Part shown: piece by piece, positions 6,999 through 13,912 of the stretch | Layout of the letters: every line of letters starts with the position of its first letter | Position numbering within the stretch: position 1 is the stretch's first letter | Assembly (NCBI GenBank): GCA_043811375.1 | Contig: JBDRNJ010000016.1 | Span: 1-13,912 of the forward strand | Length of the DNA: 13,912 nt | Source of the DNA: a bacterium | GTDB taxonomy: Bacteria > Zixibacteria > MSB-5A5 > GN15 > FEB-12 | Direction of reading: 5' to 3' | Position numbers and translations under genes: made by a program | Notes under the pieces: model-generated | Seen by the model: the letters and a program-made list of their open reading frames with translations, nothing else | Database searches by the model: none | Told to the model about the DNA's origin: nothing

Positions 6999-9125
6999 AT
7001 GAAACCAGGAATCTTGCTCTTACTGGCCTCTTTGGTTCTCCACACCGGCGTGGCGGCCCAATGGCAACAAACCTCAGGCCCGGCCGGTGGCTATGTCAGG
7101 AGTATTATCTGCAATGGCTCCGAAGTGTACGCCGCCACGGGTGGTGGCGTCCTGATCAGCAGTGATAACGGAGATTCCTGGTCGTTTGGCAATTCAGGTC
7201 TGACCAGTTGCGATACAAAATGTCTCGTGCGACTAGATGACTATGTATTTGTGGCTACTGACGAGAACGTGTTCCGTTCAGATGACGGCGGCGTGAGCTG
7301 GGAATCATCCGGCGATGAACTGGAAGGGACCTACGTAAAGAACCTCCTCGTCTGTGATGACGTGCTTTTTGCCGCCACGTATCTCAGGGGAGTCTATCGT
7401 TCTACCGACACCGGGGGCAGCTGGACCGCGGTAAACAACAACCTCTCGGCCAAGTATGTTTATTATCTGGCCACCGATGGAGACAACATTTTTGCAGGGA
7501 CGTACCTGGACGGCATGTACCGGTCGGCGAATCTGGGCGACACCTGGTACCCGGCCAATACCGGCCTGACCGAGTTGAACGTCATGGCTGTCATCTGCTT
7601 CGCCGGAGTTGTGTATGCCAGTACCCTGTCATCGGGAGTTTTTGTCTCAGCCGACAGTGGGACAACCTGGTCAAGCCTGAGTACCAGCCTGCCGTCGATA
7701 AAGGGATTTGCGGGCAAATCCGGAGTTCTTTATGCCGCTTCGTTCGGAGGCGGAGTCTACCAGTCGACAGATTCGGGGCAGACCTGGAATACGATTAACA
7801 GCGGGCTCAGTGAAACCAGTATCTGGGCGATAGGCGCCGGCGATGCGAATCTGTATGTTGGTGTTACCAGCGGGGCCATCTACAAGAGAAGTATTACCGG
7901 AGGATCGTGGTCGCTTGGCAGCGACGTCGACTTCTTTGCCGGCACCGGATCCTTATCGTCTAGTGGGACCTATCTGATCGCCGGAACACATGGTTCGGGA
8001 ACTCATATTTCAAGCACCGAGGGATCTGGTTGGACCCGGGTTTCTTCGATTTGGACAGTAGAAGCGCGTTCCCTCATCTCCTCGGGGGCATTGGTATTCG
8101 CCGGAACGGACATGCTGGGTGTTTTCAAGTCCACCAACAACGGCGTTTCGTTTTCAATGTCCAATACTGGTCTGACCAGTGCCTGGATCCAGGCCTTTGC
8201 TATTTGTGGCGGCAACCTGTTTGCAGGAAGCGGTGAAGAGGGGGTCTTTGTCACGACCAACAATGGCGCCAACTGGACTCCGGCCAATAGTGGCTTGGGT
8301 AGCCTCAATATTCTGTCTCTGGCCTCCGACGAAGTGAACGTTTATGCCGGTACTTCCGATGCCGGAATATTCATCTCCGATGATCTGGGGACAAGTTGGA
8401 ATGCCATCAACAATGGTCTGAATGCGGACAACATCACCGCCATCCAGTACCTTGACGGGTATCTTTTCGCCGGGACCAAAACAGAGGGTATTTATCGATC
8501 TCTCGATCAAGGTACCAACTGGACTCAGGTTTCCGATGGATTGCCCGAACATTCATACATTCGGTGCCTGCATGCTTATGAAAACACGGTGTTTGCCGGA
8601 ACCGGGAGCGGGGGAGTATTTGCCAGCTACGATTATGGAAATACCTGGGTTGATATAAGTTATGGCCTGATCGGATCACCGGTGTTGTCGCTTCATACCT
8701 ATGGTGACTTTTTGTATGCGGGTTTGAATGCCGGAGGGGTCTGGCGCTATTCGGTATCGGAACCGGTTGGTGCCTGTTGCGGGGGCGACGGCCTTTGTGA
8801 ACAGCGGACCCAGTGGTATTGCGAGGAAGTACTTGGCCGCGTCTTTGAGGGTGTCGGCCAACCTTGTGAACCAAATCCGTGCTATACCAGTTGCTGCCGT
8901 CTGCGTGGTGATATCGATCACAACGGCTCCGGTCCCGACATCGCCGATCTCGTTTACCTGGTAAACTACATGTTTAATGCCGGTCCGCCCCCGGAGTGTG
9001 ATGATAACGGGCTTTTTGTTGAGACGGATGCCGACGGGTCGGGGACCGGTCCTGATATCGCTGACTTGGTCTACCTGGTGAACTACATGTTTAATGGTGG
9101 CCCGGCACCGGTCCCATGCCCATAG
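6999..9125 (+). CDS. secreted beta-propeller (BNR/Asp-box-like repeat) protein with Cys-rich linker and C-terminal duplicated dockerin-like domain
   Basis: Signal peptide MKPGILLLLASLVLHTGVAA. About 14 repeats of ~39-41 aa (L[YF]AGT..GV[FY].S.D.G.[ST]W....GL). GACC...C...C...C...C linker, then CCRLRGDIDH... and two copies of GPDIADLVYLVNYMFN. Confidence 0.85.
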   Translation: MKPGILLLLASLVLHTGVAAQWQQTSGPAGGYVRSIICNGSEVYAATGGGVLISSDNGDSWSFGNSGLTSCDTKCLVRLDDYVFVATDENVFRSDDGGVSWESSGDELEGTYVKNLLVCDDVLFAATYLRGVYRSTDTGGSWTAVNNNLSAKYVYYLATDGDNIFAGTYLDGMYRSANLGDTWYPANTGLTELNVMAVICFAGVVYASTLSSGVFVSADSGTTWSSLSTSLPSIKGFAGKSGVLYAASFGGGVYQSTDSGQTWNTINSGLSETSIWAIGAGDANLYVGVTSGAIYKRSITGGSWSLGSDVDFFAGTGSLSSSGTYLIAGTHGSGTHISSTEGSGWTRVSSIWTVEARSLISSGALVFAGTDMLGVFKSTNNGVSFSMSNTGLTSAWIQAFAICGGNLFAGSGEEGVFVTTNNGANWTPANSGLGSLNILSLASDEVNVYAGTSDAGIFISDDLGTSWNAINNGLNADNITAIQYLDGYLFAGTKTEGIYRSLDQGTNWTQVSDGLPEHSYIRCLHAYENTVFAGTGSGGVFASYDYGNTWVDISYGLIGSPVLSLHTYGDFLYAGLNAGGVWRYSVSEPVGACCGGDGLCEQRTQWYCEEVLGRVFEGVGQPCEPNPCYTSCCRLRGDIDHNGSGPDIADLVYLVNYMFNAGPPPECDDNGLFVETDADGSGTGPDIADLVYLVNYMFNGGPAPVPCP
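8931..9095 (+). repeat. intragenic duplicated 48-bp motif encoding GPDIADLVYLVNYMFN
   Basis: 8931-8978 and 9048-9095 are 16/16 identical in amino acids, with 8 nucleotide differences, all synonymous. Confidence 0.9.
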
Positions 9126-9202
9126 CGCATAGATACGATTGACACGCGAAGAAGTCCCCGGTAGTAGCACTCTGGACTTGGTAAGCCTTCGGAAGGAGGT
9201 TG

Positions 9203-9234
9203 CTGCCAATAAAAAAAGTACGCCATCAAGGACT
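9203..9234 (-). repeat. att-like direct repeat, distal copy (16 nt of tRNA-Lys 3' end plus 16 nt of flank)
   Basis: CTGCCAATAAAAAAAGTACGCCATCAAGGACT matches 11275-11306 (CTGCCAATAAAGAAAGTACGCCATCAAGGACT) at 31/32 positions. Confidence 0.9.
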
Positions 9235-9384
9235 ATAACAGTAGAACGTTCGGGCGTGTTGTCCGGTACTTCTTCACAGCCGCGTGAGGTAGAGGGATCA
9301 TCTGCGAGAGGGCTGCCGTAGATTGATGGCTATTTCGCGACGGCCTAATCCATCAAGCTTCTTGAGTGAAGTGTCCGTAGCACG

Positions 9385-11049
9385 TCACCGCTTGTTCTGC
9401 ATCTCCTCGAGCTTCCGCTGAAACTCCTCTTCCATGATTTTCAACTTGGCATCAAACTCGGCTCGCAGGGCGTCAACAGCTTCGGGTTGTGAAGACATCG
9501 ATCCATCGCCCGAGATTTTGTTGCTATCGTTCGAGACATCATGGCCAACGGAACTGTCTCCTACATCCTGAGATAGTGATTTGCCTGGGTTATAGGTGGT
9601 GGGCAGAAAGATCGTATAGATCAGTGGATTATATGCCGTACCGCCGCCAAAACCATCTCCGATGTTATCTGCCAAAAGATAGAAAGTGGTTTCCCCAGCC
9701 GACACCACGAAATAGTCTACCACAGTCACGGGAACTTTGGCTGTCCAGTTACTATAGCCTGCCAGTTCAACATATCGGCCAAGTGAGCGGTTCTTGGAGA
9801 TACCGCAGCGGAACCTCGTTGTATGACTGTCATAGGTTGAGCCCCACAGCGAGGCAGTTGCAAAGGCCACAACGATTCCCGTTGCAGGTGCATCTATGAC
9901 GCAACTGTCGAGTACTACGGCCGGCTCTCCGTCGATTATGTTCATCCAGAAATCGTCCTCATAAGATCCTGCCCCGCCCGCCTCATTCGCGATCTCGACA
10001 CTTGAAATCGACCCTGTTGGCAGTTGCACTGAGGCATCGACTGGGTCACCGTTGACGATCATATTGCCGTCCTGCAAAACTAAATGATTGCCGCGATCGA
10101 CACCACCTGATTTATATCCAAAACGCAATTCATTACTGTTATTGATCCATATCATGGCGCCGCGATTGTCTTCGTCCTCGCCGCACATAAAACCCGAGTA
10201 GCGACCTGAACCAAGACGACCCATCTGGACAAAGTCGCCATAGTATGCACCCAGATCAGGGCCAATGGACAGAGGTTCGCTCGGGTAGCTATTGTTGATC
10301 CCGACTTTGCCGTCGTTGACTACCAACGAATTGTTGTAGCCGGTGCCCAGATGCTTGGTGTGCAAGGCGAAAGATGCTCCGTCGCCGTTCCACTCCAGTG
10401 TTGTATGATTGTCGGTGTTGTATCCCATTTTGAAGCCACAGACGTCATCCAGGAAGTAACTTCCGGACACAACGAAATGACCCATATTGCTGCCGAGATC
10501 CTTGCCGACTACGAGCGGGGCGTGGGGAGAATTGGTGCCGATTCCCACCCAATCTCCGATTGATTCCAGCCGGACCACCGAGCCATCATCTACCCAGCCG
10601 GTGGCGCCACTGCCGGGACCGGAACGGGCATAGGCAGCCGTATCAGATGAAGCCGCGCGGATAGCAAAAGGTACCGAGGCCAGCTTCACTCCAGAACTGT
10701 ACACCGGCGATCCTTCAAGCGCAAAGCGCAGATAGTGACTATCCAGGCCGTCGTCGGTGAAGATTGAAGCGGGCAGGGGGACATTCGAACCCAGATAATA
10801 GACAAACAAACCGTCGGTCACCGATACTGCCTGCATACCGCTGGACCACAGCGGGGTTTCGCCCATAGGCATGGGGCTGTGTTCGGTAATCTGAAAGGTG
10901 ATATTGTAATCACCGTCTGCCACCGGTTGACCGGTATCGTCGGTCAGCCGGCCCTGATAGCTGATAGTCTGAGGTACTTCGGCGCTGATGGTCAAAGCCA
11001 TCGCGACCATTAGTATCGTACATGCTGCGATAGATGGAGCACATTTCAT
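9385..11049 (-). CDS. secreted fibre/adhesin-like protein with two 81-aa repeats and a C-terminal coiled coil
   Basis: Preferred start ATG 11049 (GAGGAA SD, signal peptide MKCAPSIAACTILMVAMALTISA), giving 554 aa. N-terminal VPQTISYQGRLTD..G.PV.DG.Y...VPFAIRA domain. VGIG/VGIN fibre-type repeats. C-terminal heptad-like LRAEFDAKLKIMEEEFQRKLEEM. Confidence 0.75.
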   Translation of the reverse strand: MKCAPSIAACTILMVAMALTISAEVPQTISYQGRLTDDTGQPVADGDYNITFQITEHSPMPMGETPLWSSGMQAVSVTDGLFVYYLGSNVPLPASIFTDDGLDSHYLRFALEGSPVYSSGVKLASVPFAIRAASSDTAAYARSGPGSGATGWVDDGSVVRLESIGDWVGIGTNSPHAPLVVGKDLGSNMGHFVVSGSYFLDDVCGFKMGYNTDNHTTLEWNGDGASFALHTKHLGTGYNNSLVVNDGKVGINNSYPSEPLSIGPDLGAYYGDFVQMGRLGSGRYSGFMCGEDEDNRGAMIWINNSNELRFGYKSGGVDRGNHLVLQDGNMIVNGDPVDASVQLPTGSISSVEIANEAGGAGSYEDDFWMNIIDGEPAVVLDSCVIDAPATGIVVAFATASLWGSTYDSHTTRFRCGISKNRSLGRYVELAGYSNWTAKVPVTVVDYFVVSAGETTFYLLADNIGDGFGGGTAYNPLIYTIFLPTTYNPGKSLSQDVGDSSVGHDVSNDSNKISGDGSMSSQPEAVDALRAEFDAKLKIMEEEFQRKLEEMQNKR

Positions 11050-11129
11050 CACTGTATTCCTCATTAAGGTTCTTAGACATTTTGTCGGCAACGTCTCGGA
11101 CAAGCTCAAGTGAGTACACGGGTTGCCTC

Positions 11130-11157
11130 AATATAACCATATCAGGCCGATTGTCAA
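11130..11157 (-). promoter_or_regulatory. putative sigma70 promoter of the islet gene
   Basis: Minus strand TTGACA-N16-TATATT, about 80 bp upstream of ATG 11049. Confidence 0.5.
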
Positions 11158-11290
11158 AATGTGTAATGCGGTGCTGGAGACACTGCGGTGTTGGCTAATG
11201 ACGGGATTGGATGAATAGAACCTGGGTGGTTCTTTGTGTCTCAGATCGGCGCGCAAATCATTACACGCCAACAACTGCCAATAAAGAAAG

Positions 11291-11363
<73 letters not shown>

Positions 11364-11433
11364 ACATACGGCCCGGCAAGCGGGCATACTTTTACTGTCA
11401 CCGGAACCTACGCGAGCGTCACCGGCAATCACG

Positions 11434-11461
11434 AATATAGATGCTGAACGGATTTGCGCAA
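11434..11461 (-). promoter_or_regulatory. putative sigma70 promoter of tRNA-Lys
   Basis: Minus strand TTGCGC-N16-TATATT, about 70 bp upstream of the tRNA. Confidence 0.4.
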
Positions 11462-11532
11462 GCGCTTTTCTACGTCTCGGTTAGAATCACGTCAGCCCTA
11501 CTACGTCTTAGCTGACCCCCCGTGGGTACGGC

Positions 11533-11880
11533 CTAGTAGGCGCCGCGGTTGGGTACGATGCAGATAAACTCGAAGTCCTCATCGGTGGGATTCGAAAACT
11601 GGTGCATCGTATTGGCCGGGACAAAGGCATAGTCGCCCTGCTTCAGATCATGTTTGGTGTCGCCGATTTGAAGTCGGCCTCCACCTTTGGTCACGTAGTT
11701 GATGTGTTCCCAGTCATGCTGGTGATGGGGGGTGAATCCCTTCGGCTCAAGGCGGAACTGGCGCATGGTATGATTGTCCCAACCCTGATCGGCGCCGATG
11801 ATGTTGGCTTTGGATGCTCCCTGAACGCCGCTCATGACGACCGGCTCTAGTACGATATGGCTCTTCTTTACGACCGGCAT
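11533..11880 (-). CDS. cupin domain-containing protein (Cupin_2, metal-binding)
   Basis: Cupin motifs PHHQHDWEHINYV and GDYAFVPANTMHQF. Start moved to ATG 11880 because of a GAGGAG SD about 10 nt upstream; 115 aa. Confidence 0.9.
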   Translation of the reverse strand: MPVVKKSHIVLEPVVMSGVQGASKANIIGADQGWDNHTMRQFRLEPKGFTPHHQHDWEHINYVTKGGGRLQIGDTKHDLKQGDYAFVPANTMHQFSNPTDEDFEFICIVPNRGAY

Positions 11881-11946
11881 GGTTTTGATTCTCCTCGGTT
11901 TCAATGGCGATTGTCGCTAGAATACGAAAGAACATAACACCGGCGC

Positions 11947-11986
11947 AAAAAAAAAGGTCCGCAGCTTCGTGAAGAAGCAGCGGACC
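11947..11986 (-). terminator. rho-independent terminator of the basic-protein gene
   Basis: Minus strand GGTCCGC-T-GCTTC-(TTCAC)-GAAGC-T-GCGGACC followed by T9, about 40 bp after the stop at 12026. Confidence 0.85.
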
Positions 11987-12025
11987 TATAAAGAAATCTA
12001 AAATCCGATTTTACGGTCGGTCGTC

Positions 12026-12424
12026 TTAGCGACGGGGCCGACTGTTGTTCCGACGCGTGATCTTGGTGCGATTGTTACGCTTCGGAGCAGAGGCCTTCCA
12101 GGAGCGGGTCCGGGTGGTCCGGGTCGTCGTGGCCTTGCGAGTGGTCTTCTGGGCGACCGTGCGGGACTTGGTCGGACGGAAAGCATTGTTCGCACCGACG
12201 TTGCCGCGCCAGATTGAGGGACTGGCTTTCTTGATGCTGAGGTCGACGGCCTTGTACCGCACCGAGTAGACGGTACGACCCAACTGACGGGCGATCCAAG
12301 CGGTTTCGAACTTACGATAGTACTTGCGCATGAACGCGATTTCTTCGCGATTCCACGGACGGACATTGCGGGAGGCGAACTTGCGGCGAGGGATCGCACG
12401 ACGGGTCTTTTTACGGGTAGCCAT
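12026..12424 (-). CDS. highly basic protein with a Myb/homeodomain-like HTH core and Arg/Lys/Thr-rich tails (putative nucleic-acid-binding)
   Basis: 132 aa with 41 K+R against 4 D+E (hand count). Core PWNREEIAFMRKYY...WIARQLGRTVYSVRYKAVDLSI. Strong AAGGAG SD and its own terminator. Confidence 0.8.
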   Translation of the reverse strand: MATRKKTRRAIPRRKFASRNVRPWNREEIAFMRKYYRKFETAWIARQLGRTVYSVRYKAVDLSIKKASPSIWRGNVGANNAFRPTKSRTVAQKTTRKATTTRTTRTRSWKASAPKRNNRTKITRRNNSRPRR

Positions 12425-12509
12425 ACTTTACTCCTTGTTTATTGCATTAGCACTTGCGGATTATGGTAATGGCTGCACCCCAATCCGCTGTTTAGGTTGC
12501 CTTAATTCT

Positions 12510-12536
12510 TAATCGTCGGTTTCCTAAAATCCTTAA
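12510..12536 (-). promoter_or_regulatory. putative sigma28-like promoter of the basic-protein gene
   Basis: Minus strand TTAAGGAT-N11-GACGATTA, compared with the extended consensus TAAAGTTT-N11-GCCGATAA. Confidence 0.35.
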
Positions 12537-12889
12537 TGCCAAGTGATTAACTTTTTTTCTCCGCTTGAGATTTTTTTGGGAGATTTTTAGATCCCGGCAC
12601 CGGCCAGAGGGGCCGATCTGAGTTTTTTTTGGCATCGGCCCGTCGTCCGTTGCTGCTTGAGGGGCGGTCGATTTGTTTCATTAGGGTGGCAGAAATCCAT
12701 CAAGGTCGGGTGTAAACGACCGGTAGGCAGGGGCAAACGGGAAGATCCCAAGATCGTCCCGGCGAAACGGCGCCATCGCGCTCCTATCGACTTCTGGGCT
12801 CCACCGGCCGGTTTGGATCGATTCGAATCAGTTGCCTGCAGGCTGCGAACCATGTAGATTAATAGAGCACACCTTCCGAAGAGATAGTC

Positions 12890-13912
12890 ATGAAGCGCGA
12901 GTATATCACAGCAGCTCTGTTTCTTCTGATCACGGGGATCTTTTTCTACCTGTTTTACCGGATCATCGTGCCCTTCTTTGTGCCTATTTGCTGGGCCGCC
13001 GTTTTGGTTATCATCTTTTTCCCCCTCTACGAAAAACTGCGTGATCGTTTGAGGCGGCCCGGGCTCGCCTCACTCCTGATGTGCCTTCTGATTCTGGCTT
13101 TGATAATCGGCCCGATCGCCTATCTCTTTCTGGCCCTGGTCAACGAGGCGGCCGACGCCGTAGTTCGCGTCGAGGATATGTACCGGACCGGACGCCTGGA
13201 AGAGATCCTGTCAATTCAGATGCCCTGGATCGACGCCGTCAAAGCGAAGCTGGCGCCGTATTACGATCTGTCAAAGGTCAATCTCGGCGATATGGCGCGT
13301 GATGCGGTCGAGCGAGTCTCAGGGATTATTCTCGGTCAGACCAGTTGGCTTGTGGCCAACGCCACCAAGGCCGTTTTCTATTTTGCACTGATGATATTCA
13401 GCATGTATTACTTCTTCAGAGATGGCCAGCGAGTGATCGCCCGGGCCAAACGCCTGATGCCACTCGAGCCGGAGCGGGTCAACAGCACTTTCAATTACCT
13501 GCGTGAGGTTATTCAGGCGACTATGTATGGCGGCGGGGTGGTGGCCCTTTTTCAGGGACTCCTGGGCGGGATAATGTTTGCCATTTTTGGAATCTCGTCG
13601 CCGGTATTCTGGGGCGCGATCATGGCCTTTTTGTCGGCCATACCGTTCTTGGGGGCCTTCGTGATTTATGTCCCGGCGGGGATCATATTGATCCTGGGCG
13701 GTCACTACCTGAAGGGCTTTCTCATCATCGGCATCGGCACCATAATTATCAGTCAGGTCGATAATCTGATCAGGCCGTATCTGATCGCCGGTCGGACGCA
13801 AATGCATCCGCTCCTGCTGTTTTTCTCTATAATAGGCGGCATCGCCGTGTTTGGTCTGCTGGGGCTGGTCGTGGGGCCTCTGATCGCCGCCATTTTTGAT
13901 GCTCTGATCAAA
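12890..13912 (+). CDS. AI-2E family transporter (PerM/YdiK/YtvI-like), 3'-truncated by the window end
   Basis: Open frame from ATG 12890 to the window end, absent from the ORF track because it has no stop. MKREYITAALFLL...PFFVPICWAAVLVIIFFPLY...YYFFRDG...QGLLGG...SAIPFLGA...DNLIRPYL...HPLLLFFSIIGGIAVFGLLGLVVGPLIAA. Confidence 0.92.
   Translation, partial: MKREYITAALFLLITGIFFYLFYRIIVPFFVPICWAAVLVIIFFPLYEKLRDRLRRPGLASLLMCLLILALIIGPIAYLFLALVNEAADAVVRVEDMYRTGRLEEILSIQMPWIDAVKAKLAPYYDLSKVNLGDMARDAVERVSGIILGQTSWLVANATKAVFYFALMIFSMYYFFRDGQRVIARAKRLMPLEPERVNSTFNYLREVIQATMYGGGVVALFQGLLGGIMFAIFGISSPVFWGAIMAFLSAIPFLGAFVIYVPAGIILILGGHYLKGFLIIGIGTIIISQVDNLIRPYLIAGRTQMHPLLLFFSIIGGIAVFGLLGLVVGPLIAAIFDALIK

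Noticed and set aside
8931..9095. Repeat pair as DGR template/variable repeats or CRISPR
   Set aside because: Both copies are in frame in one CDS, the differences are synonymous and not adenine-specific, and no reverse transcriptase, cas gene or spacer array is present.
9323..9356. TTGATGG...CCATCAA inverted repeat sharing a heptamer with the att core
   Set aside because: Only 7 bp with a 20-nt spacer and no U-tract. It cannot be distinguished from chance or a weak 3' hairpin.
11195..11216. CTAATGA...GAAT resembling a hammerhead core
   Set aside because: It departs from CUGANGA/GAAA at invariant positions and stem II cannot form.
11189..11273. GTTGGC/GCCAAC as integron attC core sites
   Set aside because: The order is the reverse of attC (RYYYAAC...GTTRRRY) on both strands, and no integron integrase is present.
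11998..12399. 133-aa alternative-frame ORF overlapping the basic protein
   Set aside because: The 12424 start has the strong SD and an HTH-like core; this frame has neither.
12725..12800. GGGCAAAC...GAAA segment resembling a c-di-GMP-I riboswitch before the AI-2E gene
   Set aside because: The GNRA-capped stem and the GACGCAAAG junction are not arranged as the motif requires.
12832..13807. Short ORFs 12832..13044, 13081..13302 and 13319..13807
   Set aside because: All are off-frame or antisense to the AI-2E transporter frame starting at 12890.

Overview
Bacterial chromosomal window, most likely from candidate phylum Zixibacteria (inferred from the Cys-flanked, duplicated dockerin-like 'GPDIADLVYLVNYMF..GP.P.C' C-terminus of the 6999..9125 protein). 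Left to right: (1) a two-gene cytochrome bd-superfamily module, with a CydA-like subunit lacking the Q-loop and fused to two CxxCH c-type haem sites, plus a second CydA-fold membrane subunit; (2) pspC; (3) a small Gly-rich membrane protein; (4) a lower-GC patch with two or three unknown membrane proteins; (5) a DUF3524/GTDC1-like GT4 glycosyltransferase; (6) a secreted beta-propeller protein with dockerin-like tail; (7) a ~2.07 kb integrase-free islet bounded by a 31/32-bp direct repeat of the tRNA-Lys 3' end, carrying one secreted fibre-like gene; (8) tRNA-Lys(CTT); (9) a cupin; (10) a very basic HTH-plus-tail protein, a candidate nucleoid or DNA-condensing protein, with a strong terminator; (11) a truncated AI-2E family transporter that the ORF track misses. 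The most notable observations are the tRNA-anchored islet with an adjacent two-state inverted-repeat element, the histone/protamine-like protein behind a sigma28-like promoter motif that recurs in the window, and the cytochrome-c-fused bd-like oxidoreductase. All family calls come from recognising motifs by eye; no database searches were run.
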